Source: Kiritimatiellia bacterium (GTDB taxonomy: Bacteria; Verrucomicrobiota; Kiritimatiellia; CAIKKV01; CAITUY01). Taken from it: a stretch of 64,000 bases of DNA. The notes beneath the pieces are model-generated. The model made no database searches. It saw nothing but the letters and a program-made list of their open reading frames with translations, and was not told the DNA's origin. Positions 48,736-58,603 of the stretch are shown here, piece by piece. The position numbers were made by a program, and so were the translations under genes. The stretch is taken from positions 20-64,019 of the forward strand of contig JBBQNS010000005.1 in assembly GCA_038330175.1 (NCBI GenBank), given 5' to 3'. Within the stretch, counting starts at the first letter, position 1, and each line of letters opens with the position of its first letter.

Positions 48736-49679
48736 ACCGCTGCCCGATCACTTATGAAACCTGCGGAACCGATCGCTACTCACTGGCCGGTCTGCGCCGG
48801 CTGGCGCCGGGCCTGACCCGACTCCATGACTTCCCTTACAGCGCGGAAACCCAGCGGCGTGAAGCCACCCTCCGCGCCTCCAAGATGTCAATCCAGGGCA
48901 TACAGCCGAAGTTGAGCGTGACCCTGCGTATCAAGGCGGGCACATTCGAAATCGTGGATCGTGGCGGACGTTATATTATTAAGCCCCAACACGAACTTTA
49001 TCCTGAATTACCTGAAAACGAGGCTGTCACCCTGGGCATGGCAGGCCTGGTTGGTATCGAGGTTCCCGTGCAAGGCTTACTTTACTGTCAGGATGGATCC
49101 CGCTCATTTTTCATTCGGCGGTTTGACCGAACGGGACACGGCCAGAAGCTGGCCACTGAGGATTTCGCCCAATTGAGTGGGTTTAGCCGGGATACGAAAT
49201 ACAACTCCAGCATGGAACAGGTAGTGGAGGTCATCAACCGGTATTGTACGTTTCCCCTGCTTGAAAAGGTGAAGCTCCTGAAGCGGTGCCTTTTCAACTT
49301 TCTGGTTGGCAACGAGGATATGCACCTGAAGAATTTTTCCCTCATCACACGGGATGGCAAAGTTGAACTCTCGCCTGCCTATGATTTCCTAAGCACCACT
49401 GTGGCCTTCATGGCCATCGGTAAGAAAGCGGGAGATATGGAAGAGATCGCCCTGTCGATCAAGGGCCGGAAGAAAAAAATGAGTCAAACCCTGTGGCTTG
49501 ATTACTTCGCTGGAGAGCGCTTGGGCCTCAATCAAAATAGTGTGGTGGATTGCCTCCATGAATTGGCTACGGCCTTGCCGGGCTGCCGACAACTGCTGGA
49601 CATATGCTTCCTGTCGGACGCCCAGAAGCGACTCTACCATGACCTATTGGCTCAACGCGGCCAATTACTAGGTCTGTGA
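48732..49679 (+). CDS. hipT: HipT (HipA-like Ser/Thr kinase toxin lacking N-subdomain)
   Basis: 315 aa; HipA_C kinase core (catalytic ...VGNEDMHLKNFSL...). Confidence 0.8.
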   Translation: MNRCPITYETCGTDRYSLAGLRRLAPGLTRLHDFPYSAETQRREATLRASKMSIQGIQPKLSVTLRIKAGTFEIVDRGGRYIIKPQHELYPELPENEAVTLGMAGLVGIEVPVQGLLYCQDGSRSFFIRRFDRTGHGQKLATEDFAQLSGFSRDTKYNSSMEQVVEVINRYCTFPLLEKVKLLKRCLFNFLVGNEDMHLKNFSLITRDGKVELSPAYDFLSTTVAFMAIGKKAGDMEEIALSIKGRKKKMSQTLWLDYFAGERLGLNQNSVVDCLHELATALPGCRQLLDICFLSDAQKRLYHDLLAQRGQLLGL

Positions 49680-50057
49680 TCAGTGAAAGGCCCGCGTATA
49701 CGTACACGTACGGGCCTTCCTTAGGAGGTCGCGCGCCTGCCATGAGCTCTGTCGAATGGCTATGAGCGCGACATTCACTTCGCCTGCATGGCGCCAATGG
49801 CGGGTTCAACAGGCTCACCGCAGGCGGGCTCGTAGCGCCCGCCCTCCTACAACGCATCGCGTTGTCATATATAGCCTGGTTCCCTACAGCCCCTCCCACA
49901 AAACACCATTTCTGGGCGAAGCGGGGTATGGCGTTATTTTGGCCAATTACAGAATGATGACATTGTCATCCCATAGACAGCGTTTGATGCTTGTAAAAGC
50001 CTGTATTTGCTGATGTTTTAAACTCGTTTGCGAGATTGTGATTGCTGGAATTTACTT

Positions 50058-50083
50058 CGTAATCATAATCATAATCGTAATCC
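50058..50083. repeat. hexanucleotide microsatellite (A/G)TAATC x4
   Basis: GTAATCATAATCATAATCGTAATC in 630-bp non-coding stretch. Confidence 0.5.
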
Positions 50084-50309
50084 ATTCTGGGGCAGTAGAT
50101 TACGATTAGACTGCAAGCTACCGTCAACGCACTGGATTGGCGGCAAGCGCGTGACGACGTCCGTCGTTTCATCAAGCCGGCGGAATTGCCGTCTCTTGAC
50201 CTCTGGTCGCAAGACTATTTCCTGGCTCAATGCCGAAAGATAATCCCATAGAGGGGTGGCAGGAAAGAGATGCTCCCTAAAAGTGTCTTTAATAGTCGCC
50301 CCTACGCTA

Positions 50310-51665
50310 CTAGGATCCAAATAGGGCGGCGACGGCCTCTGGCGCATGAGTCTCAACCATTTTCCGCGTGATGGCATTTTTTTGGGCAATTTCAGAATAG
50401 AGTAGCGCGCTCGGCCGCGGAACGCGTTCCAGCGCCGGGTCGTCGTGCCGAACCGCAATCAGCCCGAACCGCTTGGAAAAGCCTTCGCGCCATTCAAAAT
50501 TATCGACGAACGACCAGTGATAATATCCGACGACCGGTATGCCTTCACGAATCGCCCGGTGCACTTGTACCAGATGCTCGATGATATATCGTGGCCGCTG
50601 CGAATCAGTGTCGTCTGCGATCCCATTTTCTGTGATGAGGATGGGCTTACCAAAGCGCTCCCATACGGCGCGAATAGTGCGGTAGAGACCCTCAGGGTAA
50701 ATCTGCCAGCCCATCTGCGTCATTTCAACTCCTGGGGGTGCTTTCATATCATCGATGCGGTATTGGTCGCGATAGGTTCGATCATACTTCAGCGACACTC
50801 GCATGTAGTAATTGATGCCGCAATAATCATAGGAACCTCGAATGCCGTCAATGGCCGGCCCGCCATGGATCCAGTGCGGCCGACCGGTCTGAATCGTGTG
50901 GTCCCATCCCAGTGTCGAGGCGCGGCGAGACATGAATGCAGCGAAACGCTCATACCAGCCGGCAAGGCCAGGTGAACGCCAGGGTTCAATCAGCGGGTAG
51001 GCCATGGCGACGCCGACTTTGGTGGACGTGCCATCAGGGGCGAATGGACAACCCTGATGGATGAGACGGTAGGCTCCTGCGTGCGCCCGAAGGTAGGCGC
51101 GCGTCACGGCGCGGTAGGCCCTGAACGAATGGCGCTGCGGAGGAAACCGACCCAGGAAATTGCCCAATATAGCGGGCGCCATGGGTTCATTAAGCGTCAC
51201 CCAGTAATCGGGAAAAGCGCCCAGTTCATCTACCACAAACTTCACGTACCGGAGGAAGCGCTCTACGGTGTCGGGATTCAGCCAGTCATCCCGGTCGGCG
51301 ACCCATTGCGGAAGGACCCAGTGGTGCAGGGTGAGGCAGATCTTGAGGCCATGATTGCGCTGCGATTGGAGAATGCGTCGATATTGCTCAATCGCATCGC
51401 GAGAGAAACAATCCTTTTGCGGTTCGACGCGGGCCCACTCGATGCCGAGGCGAAATCCCTTGTAGCCCAGTTTCGCCATGAGCGCGTGATCCTCCTCGTG
51501 GCGATTCCAGTAATCCATCGCACGCCCGGATACCGTGCCGTCTGCAACAAAGCCCTTCTTCTCCCACGACCACCAATCGGAGTACTCATTGCCCCCCTCC
51601 ACCTGGTGCCCAGAGGACGAGGTTCCCCAAATAAAACTGTCCGGAAATATTAGCTTGTCTGTCAT
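50310..51665 (-). CDS. GH1 beta-glucosidase
   Basis: 451 aa; N-terminal FIWGTSSSGHQVEG, catalytic nucleophile motif ITENG, acid/base TLNEP. Confidence 0.92.
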   Translation of the reverse strand: MTDKLIFPDSFIWGTSSSGHQVEGGNEYSDWWSWEKKGFVADGTVSGRAMDYWNRHEEDHALMAKLGYKGFRLGIEWARVEPQKDCFSRDAIEQYRRILQSQRNHGLKICLTLHHWVLPQWVADRDDWLNPDTVERFLRYVKFVVDELGAFPDYWVTLNEPMAPAILGNFLGRFPPQRHSFRAYRAVTRAYLRAHAGAYRLIHQGCPFAPDGTSTKVGVAMAYPLIEPWRSPGLAGWYERFAAFMSRRASTLGWDHTIQTGRPHWIHGGPAIDGIRGSYDYCGINYYMRVSLKYDRTYRDQYRIDDMKAPPGVEMTQMGWQIYPEGLYRTIRAVWERFGKPILITENGIADDTDSQRPRYIIEHLVQVHRAIREGIPVVGYYHWSFVDNFEWREGFSKRFGLIAVRHDDPALERVPRPSALLYSEIAQKNAITRKMVETHAPEAVAALFGS

Positions 51666-51683
51666 AATGGCTCAATCCGGCAT

Positions 51684-51843
51684 AGCCGAAACCAAAACGA
51701 AGATTTTTGAACAGAAGCACGCAAAGGCCCCAGCGGCGAGTACGCCGTAGCCGTAATTATTTTTGGAATTCAAACACCTGGCATTTTTGCCGAAGGCGTA
51801 AACACTCCATCCTTAGCGGCCTTCGCGTGCTTCTGTTCAAAAC
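51684..51843. repeat. MITE-like repeat family B, full copy (terminal inverted repeats TTTTGAACAGAAGCACGCAAAGG / CCTTCGCGTGCTTCTGTTCAAAA)
   Basis: TIRs at 51705-51727 and 51819-51841; additional copies at 62435-62573 and partial at 27440-27525; all in 5' leaders of minus-strand genes. Confidence 0.65.
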
Positions 51844-51876
51844 TCTTTTCTTGTCCTAATCATGAACATATTTCGA

Positions 51877-53088
51877 TTAATTCAATTCTTTCTCGTCTCG
51901 CACTAACCCTTCGGCGCTGATCTGGTCTTGAGCGGGGTCATGAGCTTTCTGGTCAAATATCGGGCTGGCTTTGAGCAGGGTCTCCAAAATCGTATAGGCC
52001 GCCCGTGGTCGCGCCAGTTGCCGCATACGTTCCTTCATCGTTGCGAGACGCTGCGGCTCGCGCAACAGCACGTCCACCTTGTAGGGCAGTGTGATGACAT
52101 CCGTCGGAGTCACAGCCACGCCCTGCTCAAGGAGGCTGGACGCGTTAATCGCCTCCTGCCCGGGTATGGGATCCAGAAGAACCATCGGCAGGGCACTCGC
52201 CAGGGCTTCTGACAGCGTAAGCCCCCCGGGTTTACCGATCAATATGTCCGAAAGCGCCATCCACTCGTGCATGTTTTCCACATAACCCAAAGCCCGGAAT
52301 TTCAGATGCGATGGCGCCGTTTCCGTAACGCGTTTGACCTCGCGCAGGAGATCGTCGTTCCTTCCACATATCGTGAAGATTTGCGCCGGGGACTGAAGAT
52401 GCATGAGCGCCCGAACGCCTTCAAGACTTGATTCCATGCCGAAGGTTCCCGCGGAAAGCAGAACAACGGGTAAGGCGGGGTCCACCTCGAGTTTCAGCCG
52501 CAGGGCATCCAGATCCATGGGCTGCGAAAACACAGGGTGAATGGGAATTCCTGAAAGCGTGATCCGGTCCTCAGGAAGGCCAAGCTGGTTCAAATAGTAA
52601 GCCGCTTCCTCTGTAGCGACAAAATAGCGCTCAAAATGATGGCACAACCAAAGTGCGTGAACGTGCATATCGGTCACGACAACAGCATGCTTCGTGGAAA
52701 GAAGCTTTTTCCCCAGCATGTAGGAAACCATGTCGGAGGGCAGGAAGTGCGTGCAAATAGTGATGTCTGGTTTTTCGGCACGCAGGAAGTCCAGGAGCGG
52801 TCGCATCTGCAAGCGCTCTGCGGCAACACGAAACTTTTCGCCCTTCCAGGGTGTATCGCTCTTCTCGTACCACCACCCCCATAGCGAGGGCGTCTTGCTG
52901 ACCATTTGCTCGTAGAGCTCCGCATACAAGGCCCTAAATACGGACGTCGTGAATTTCAACACGTCAATATGTTTCACCGAGGCAACGCCGGGCAGTCCCG
53001 CGCAGGCGGCCTCCAGCGCTGCCGCCGCTCGCGTATGTCCGCTGCCGGAACTCGCTGACAAGATCACGATCCTGGAATCTGTATGCAT
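51877..53088 (-). CDS. GT28-family glycosyltransferase (MGDG-synthase/UgtP-like diacylglycerol glycosyltransferase)
   Basis: 403 aa; N-terminal ILSASSGSGHTRAA and C-terminal GKPGGLTLSEA motifs of MGDG synthase family; start overlaps REC-HD-GYP stop. Confidence 0.75.
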   Translation of the reverse strand: MHTDSRIVILSASSGSGHTRAAAALEAACAGLPGVASVKHIDVLKFTTSVFRALYAELYEQMVSKTPSLWGWWYEKSDTPWKGEKFRVAAERLQMRPLLDFLRAEKPDITICTHFLPSDMVSYMLGKKLLSTKHAVVVTDMHVHALWLCHHFERYFVATEEAAYYLNQLGLPEDRITLSGIPIHPVFSQPMDLDALRLKLEVDPALPVVLLSAGTFGMESSLEGVRALMHLQSPAQIFTICGRNDDLLREVKRVTETAPSHLKFRALGYVENMHEWMALSDILIGKPGGLTLSEALASALPMVLLDPIPGQEAINASSLLEQGVAVTPTDVITLPYKVDVLLREPQRLATMKERMRQLARPRAAYTILETLLKASPIFDQKAHDPAQDQISAEGLVRDEKELN

Positions 53089-53090
53089 AT

Positions 53091-54173
53091 CTACTGAAGG
53101 TCCGTGAAGATTGCCTCAAACTCAGTAGCCATATTTTTGAAAGCGGCAAGCACCCGCGCGTCGAAATGGTTGGGGTTGCTCCGCCCGTCCCCGCCGACGA
53201 GAATCGCGTAGGTCTTTGCGGCATCAAATGCCGGCTTGTAAGGGCGCTTGTTCCGCAGGGCATCATACTGGTCGGCCAAAGTCATGATCCGCGCGGTTAA
53301 CGGAATGGACTCTCCTGAAAGTCCCCCGGGATAACCACTTCCATCCCAGCGCTCGTGGTGAGATTGGGCAACTTCCATACCCATTCGAACGAAGCCATTG
53401 TTCGGATAGCTCGCCAGAACCGCCGCGAGGGTCTTGGCTCCCAGTGTCGTATGGGTTTTCATAATGTCCAATTCCTCGGCTGTGAGCGCCCCAGGCTTTA
53501 GTAAAATCCTGTCGGGAATACCCACCTTGCCGATATCGTGCAGGGCACTGGCCTGGTAGATGTTCTCGATAAAAGTATCGTTTATAAGCGTGCCGAACAC
53601 GCCATCTTCAGCCAGACGGGTTGCTAGGGCCCGGCAGTACCGCTGAACCCGGAGAATGTGGTTGCCGGTATCTTCGTCGCGGGATTCTGCCAACTTGGCA
53701 AAGGCGACGATCGTTGCAATTTGCGAGTCCGAGATCTCCTTAACTTGCGCTTGAACCCGATCCTTAAGAGAGAGGTTGAGCGCCCCGATCTCAACCTGCA
53801 GCCGCCTTATTTTAAGGTGAGTCTCAACTCGCGCCTCCACCTCTTCAAACTGAAATGGTTTGGTTACATAATCCACGCCGCCCATGGAAAAGGCCTTAAC
53901 TTTGTCCAATACCTCTGTATTGGCACTGATAAAAATCACGGGAATTTCAGCAAGCCGGGGATCCGCCTTGAGCTCCGTACAGACGGCATAGCCATCCATC
54001 ACCGGCATGTTGATGTCGAGAAGAATGAGGTCAGGCGGCGCGAGTCGCGCCGCCTGCAGGGCCAGCTTACCGCTGGGGACCGGACGTACTTTGTGCCCAT
54101 GTTTCTTGAGCAACCCAGCCAACAGTTGAAGGTTGGCAGGCGTATCATCAACGATGAGGATGTCAGCATTCAT
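53091..54173 (-). CDS. response regulator with HD-GYP c-di-GMP phosphodiesterase domain
   Basis: 360 aa; REC + HD (HDIGK) + HHERWDGSGYP. Confidence 0.88.
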   Translation of the reverse strand: MNADILIVDDTPANLQLLAGLLKKHGHKVRPVPSGKLALQAARLAPPDLILLDINMPVMDGYAVCTELKADPRLAEIPVIFISANTEVLDKVKAFSMGGVDYVTKPFQFEEVEARVETHLKIRRLQVEIGALNLSLKDRVQAQVKEISDSQIATIVAFAKLAESRDEDTGNHILRVQRYCRALATRLAEDGVFGTLINDTFIENIYQASALHDIGKVGIPDRILLKPGALTAEELDIMKTHTTLGAKTLAAVLASYPNNGFVRMGMEVAQSHHERWDGSGYPGGLSGESIPLTARIMTLADQYDALRNKRPYKPAFDAAKTYAILVGGDGRSNPNHFDARVLAAFKNMATEFEAIFTDLQ

Positions 54174-55288
54174 CTGAGGGGTAATGTGAACCAGAAGGTG
54201 CTCCCTTTGCCAACTTCACTGTTGACGCCGATCTGCCCGGAGTGGGCCTCAACGGCCAGTTTGCAAAAGGTCAGGCCGAGCCCACAGGAGTGCTTGGCCC
54301 CGCCCTGGTCTCCCGCAACCTGGCCAAACTTCTCAAATATTTTCTGATGGTCTTCAGGAGCAATACCGCGTCCGGTGTCCGTTACCTCCACCCGCACCGC
54401 TTCTCCCGACCCGGTAACGCTCACGACGACCTCGGATCCTCCGGGCGCATACTTGACTGCGTTATTGATTAAATTCACCAGGACACGGTGAAGCAGTCCC
54501 TTATCCGCCGTAACAGAAACGGGTGCGCCTTGCACCTGAATGAGAATTTTCCGGAAGTCGGCCAGCGGCGCAATATCCGCCGCCGCTTCTCCCGCCATGG
54601 CGAGCAGATCGCAGGGCTCGCAAGTGACCGGCATCTGCCCGGCTTCGAGGCGACTGACATCAAGTAAGGCGTTGCACATATCGGTCAATTCCTTCGCCGA
54701 CACCTGCCCTAGCTTCCAAAATCGGACCGTATCCTCATCTTTCCCTTCCAGTAAGGGCCGCAGCAGATCCAAACAGCAGGCAACCGCCATCAACGGAGAG
54801 CGCATGTCGTGGACAATCATATGGGTGAGATTATCGCGCAGTATCGCCAGTTTACTCAAGCTTTCGAGGTTCTCCTTCAATAGCCGTTTCTGGCGACACA
54901 GCTCCAGATGGGTACACACGCGCGCTTCAACCTCCTCAAACTGAAACGGCTTGGTCACATAGTCAACTCCGCCGGCGGAAAAGGCCTTAACTTTGTCCAA
55001 TACCTCCGTATTGGCGCTGATGAAGATGACGGGGATTTCAGCAAGCCGTGGGTCGGCTTTAAGCTCTGCACACACCGCATACCCATCCATCTCCGGCATG
55101 TTGATGTCGAGCAGGATAAGATCCGGCGGTTGGCGCCGTGCCGCCTGCAGGGCCAGTTTACCACTCGGAACCGGTCTCACTTTGTGTCCCCGCTTCTTGA
55201 GAAGCCCGGCCAACAACTGGAGATTAGCTGGCGTATCATCGACTACGAGAATATCCGCCGTTTCAGAATGCTCTGTGTTGTCACTCAT
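54170..55288 (-). CDS. REC-HisKA-HATPase_c hybrid histidine kinase (receiver N-terminal)
   Basis: 372 aa; REC ~93% identical to REC of 53091-54173; H-box HDMRSPL; N/G1/G2 boxes. Confidence 0.88.
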   Translation of the reverse strand: MSDNTEHSETADILVVDDTPANLQLLAGLLKKRGHKVRPVPSGKLALQAARRQPPDLILLDINMPEMDGYAVCAELKADPRLAEIPVIFISANTEVLDKVKAFSAGGVDYVTKPFQFEEVEARVCTHLELCRQKRLLKENLESLSKLAILRDNLTHMIVHDMRSPLMAVACCLDLLRPLLEGKDEDTVRFWKLGQVSAKELTDMCNALLDVSRLEAGQMPVTCEPCDLLAMAGEAAADIAPLADFRKILIQVQGAPVSVTADKGLLHRVLVNLINNAVKYAPGGSEVVVSVTGSGEAVRVEVTDTGRGIAPEDHQKIFEKFGQVAGDQGGAKHSCGLGLTFCKLAVEAHSGQIGVNSEVGKGSTFWFTLPLR

Positions 55289-58200
55289 GGCACATTTCCT
55301 GACTGACCCAGTAAATCAAGCAATTTCTGATAGTCAAAGTTTGAGGCCAATACACGCAATCCATTCGCAACTTCATGATCGCCGTGATCCACCTGGTTCA
55401 GCAACTCCATGATCCTGTCCAGGTCCGCGGCCAGGGTCGCCTCGCGAAGTTTTTCAACTAAAGCCCCAGGAAGAACTGCCAGAGCCTCCTGATTCAGGTG
55501 GCCATTGTCGAGAGACAGCTCCAGCGCCATGTTCAGTGTGTCCATAAACTCATCGACCTTGATGGGCTTGGTCAGATAACCGAAGAACCCTGCACTCAGG
55601 CCTTTCTGGATGTCGTGCGGCATGGCATTAGCGCTTAGGGCGATGACGGGAATATTCGCCGTGGCCGGATCCGTTAGAAGGATTTTCAGGGCCTCGATGC
55701 CACTGATGTCGGGTAGATTGATGTCCATCAGGATCACATCCGGCAGGTTCTTTTGCGCCAGCTTGACCCCGAGAATCCCGTTCACGGCCGTGAGCATTTT
55801 TATATCAGGTCGGCGTTCAATGAGCTGCTCGACCAGCTTCATATTGGCCGGATTATCCTCCACATAAAGCAGGCTGCGTATTTTTGTGCCCTTAGGGACT
55901 CGCGTCGGCACCGGGGCACTGGGTTTGCCGCTTGCAACCGCAAATTGTGATCGAGCAGCGACCATCAATTCACACCAGAATTCGCTCCCCTTGCCTACCG
56001 TGCTTTCCACGCCGACAACGCCCCCCATCAACTCGATCAGTTGCTTCGCCACCACCAGGCCAATACCGGTCCCTTCCTCGCCGCTGGACTCCTGGCCCAG
56101 TCGGTTGAACGGCTGGAACAAGAGCGCCAGCTTTTCCGGAGGCAATCCGAGACCCGTATCCTTGATGCTAATGCGGATACGCCCCGGGCTGTTCGCCACA
56201 CACATCACCTCGACGCTCCCATGGGGACGATTGTATTTGATCGCGTTGGACAGAAAGTTGATCAAAATCTGTTTCAGGCGGGTTCGGTCTGCATGAACAT
56301 AGAAGGGAACGTCAAACTGAGGAAAGATCATTTGGAGGCCTCGTTTTTGCGCCTGCCCTTCGACCATATTTTTACATTCGCTCATGATTTCCTCTAACGA
56401 AACCGACTCCAACGACATGGAGAGCTTTCCAGATTCAATCTTCGCGAGATCCAGAATCTCGTTGATCAGTTTCAATAGATGCCATCCAGCCTGGAGGATC
56501 TGATCGATACTTTCCTTCTGGTTCGGCGTCGGTGCCTGGGAGGCGGTCCCCATCAACTGCGCGAAACCGAGGATTGCATTCAGTGGGGAGCGAAGCTCAT
56601 GGCTCATGCTCGACAGGAAATCCGACTTCGCCCGGTTGGCGCGCTCCGCCTCGACCATAGCGGCCTGCAATTGGACATTCCTCTCCTGCAGCACCTGATC
56701 CAGCCGCTTGCGCTCCGTGACGTCGCGCGCCGCCGCGAAGACCCCCTGGAGTCTCCGGTCCCGGTCATAGAAGGTCGTTGCGTTGTAGGAGACCACGGTC
56801 TCCTTGCCATCGCGGCTTCGCGCCGTCAGCTCGTAGTTGGTGAGCTTTCCTTCGGCCAACACCTGCTTGATGCTCGCCTCCGCCTGTTCCGGATCGGTAA
56901 ACGTATTCTTGAAAGGTGCGCCAATCAGTTCATCGCGTGTGCACCCGGAGAGCGCCTCCATCTGCTTGTTGACGTCCGTAATGATGCCCTGAGGATCGGT
57001 GGTCATGATGGCGTCGATATTGGACTCAAAAAGAGAGCGGGTATAGAACTGTTGCTCCCGCAGCCGCTGATCGAGTTTCATCCGCTCTTCCTCGATTTGT
57101 TTACGCGCCGTGTTATCGGTACCAATCAGCAGATAACCAATGATCAGGCTCTGCGCATCGCGCAACGCCGTGACGGACACCACAGCGGGAAACCGGCTCC
57201 CGTCCTTGCGGATATAGGTCAGCTCGTAGATGTCCTCGATCCCGCGTGAGGCCTTAAACACGAGGGCTTCAAAACCGGGTGTAATCGGCGTTCCGAGCTC
57301 GACGCTCAATGTCTTGGCGCGCGCAATCACTTCCTTTGGATCGGAAATGTCGGCGGGTGTGATCTTATTCATCACCTCGGCCGCCGTGTAGCCCAGCATG
57401 CGCTCGGCGCCAACGTTAAAGATCTGGATTACGCCCTTCGCGTCCGTCGCAATACTCGAGAAGTTCGCGCTGTTGAAAATCGCGCTTTGCAACGCCCCGG
57501 CTCTCAAAAGCGCCTCCTCCGCCTGCTTGCGTGCGGTGTTGTCGGTACCGATCAGCAGATAGCCGATGATGACCTCCTTCGCGTCGCGCAGGGCTGTGAC
57601 GGACACCACCGCCGGGAAGCGGCTACCGTCCTTGCGGATGTAGGTCAGCTCGTAGATATCCTCGATGCCGCGCGAGGCCTTGAACACCAGGGCCTCGAAG
57701 CCGGGCGTAATCGGGGTGGCGAGTTCGACGGAAAGGGCCTTGGCGCGTGCAATTACTTCCTGCGGATCGGAAATGTCGGCCGGCGTGATCTTGTTCATCA
57801 CTTCGGCGGCGGTGTAGCCGAGCATGCGCTCGGCGCCAACGTTGAAGATCTGGATGACGCCCTTCGCGTCCGTGGCGATGCTCGAGAAGTTGGTGCTATT
57901 GAAAATAGCGCTCTGCAGGGCGCCTGCCCTACGCAGAGCCTCTTCCGCCTGCTTGCGCGCGGTGTTGTCGGTACCGATTAGCAGATAGCCGATGATGACG
58001 TTCTGCTCGTCGCGCAGCGCCGTAACCGACACTACCGCCGGCAAGCGGAGGCCATCCTTGCGGATGTAGGTCAGCTCGTAAATGTCCTCGATCCCGCGCG
58101 AGGCCTTGTAGACCAGAGACTCGAACCCCGGCGCAATCGGGGTCGCGAACTCGATACTCAATGTCTTACCGCGCGCGATCACTTCCAGCGGATCAGAAGC

Positions 58201-58467
58201 GTCGGCCGGAGTCATTTTGCCAAGTACGTCGGAGACCGCGTAGCCCAGCATGCGTTCGGCACCGACATTGAAGAGTTGAATGATCCCCTTCGCATCCGTG
58301 GCGATGCTCGAGAAAGTGGCGCTGTTGACAATCGCGCGTTGCAGATCCTTCGATGTAATCAAGGCCTCTTGTCGGAGGCCTTCCGTGACGACATCCGTTT
58401 TTACTGCATTCCTTGCGGAATCGACTGATTTGTGTGTGATCTTCGGCATGCTTTTATTTTCCAGCAT
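55285..58467 (-). CDS. cytoplasmic multi-PAS hybrid sensor histidine kinase (4xPAS-HisKA-HATPase_c-REC-C-terminal extension)
   Basis: 1060 aa; three near-identical tandem ~141-aa PAS repeats, fourth PAS, H-box SHELRSPL, ATPase, REC, ~90-aa C-terminal tail without HPt HxxKG motif. Confidence 0.9.
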   Translation of the reverse strand: MLENKSMPKITHKSVDSARNAVKTDVVTEGLRQEALITSKDLQRAIVNSATFSSIATDAKGIIQLFNVGAERMLGYAVSDVLGKMTPADASDPLEVIARGKTLSIEFATPIAPGFESLVYKASRGIEDIYELTYIRKDGLRLPAVVSVTALRDEQNVIIGYLLIGTDNTARKQAEEALRRAGALQSAIFNSTNFSSIATDAKGVIQIFNVGAERMLGYTAAEVMNKITPADISDPQEVIARAKALSVELATPITPGFEALVFKASRGIEDIYELTYIRKDGSRFPAVVSVTALRDAKEVIIGYLLIGTDNTARKQAEEALLRAGALQSAIFNSANFSSIATDAKGVIQIFNVGAERMLGYTAAEVMNKITPADISDPKEVIARAKTLSVELGTPITPGFEALVFKASRGIEDIYELTYIRKDGSRFPAVVSVTALRDAQSLIIGYLLIGTDNTARKQIEEERMKLDQRLREQQFYTRSLFESNIDAIMTTDPQGIITDVNKQMEALSGCTRDELIGAPFKNTFTDPEQAEASIKQVLAEGKLTNYELTARSRDGKETVVSYNATTFYDRDRRLQGVFAAARDVTERKRLDQVLQERNVQLQAAMVEAERANRAKSDFLSSMSHELRSPLNAILGFAQLMGTASQAPTPNQKESIDQILQAGWHLLKLINEILDLAKIESGKLSMSLESVSLEEIMSECKNMVEGQAQKRGLQMIFPQFDVPFYVHADRTRLKQILINFLSNAIKYNRPHGSVEVMCVANSPGRIRISIKDTGLGLPPEKLALLFQPFNRLGQESSGEEGTGIGLVVAKQLIELMGGVVGVESTVGKGSEFWCELMVAARSQFAVASGKPSAPVPTRVPKGTKIRSLLYVEDNPANMKLVEQLIERRPDIKMLTAVNGILGVKLAQKNLPDVILMDINLPDISGIEALKILLTDPATANIPVIALSANAMPHDIQKGLSAGFFGYLTKPIKVDEFMDTLNMALELSLDNGHLNQEALAVLPGALVEKLREATLAADLDRIMELLNQVDHGDHEVANGLRVLASNFDYQKLLDLLGQSGNVP
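57105..58370. repeat. 3 x 423-bp tandem direct repeat inside hybrid kinase gene (PAS-domain triplication)
   Basis: unit starts GCGYGYGGTGTTRTCGGTACCRATYAGCAGATARCC at ~57106, 57529, 57952; units 2 and 3 nearly identical at DNA level. Confidence 0.8.
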
Positions 58468-58603
58468 CTGGTCTTGTCCGCCTATCAGGGCAAAGCTGAT
58501 AAAGCCCAGCGAAATACCTTACGGGCGCTACTGCGAGAGGGAATCCAGAATTCAGAATCCAGGAGTCAGAATATTGGATTTTACTGTCATGCGGTAAACA
58601 AGA

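Noticed and set aside
50069-50458. 129-aa Arg-rich ORF and other ORFs in the 49680-50310 gap
   Set aside because: It overlaps the bgl 3' end or lies in a repeat-containing non-coding stretch. It has no SD and no similarity to anything recognisable.
57105-58370. Regular ~420-bp repeats as a CRISPR-like or satellite array
   Set aside because: The repeats are in-frame coding sequence (PAS domains). The period is far too long and there are no spacer-like unique segments.
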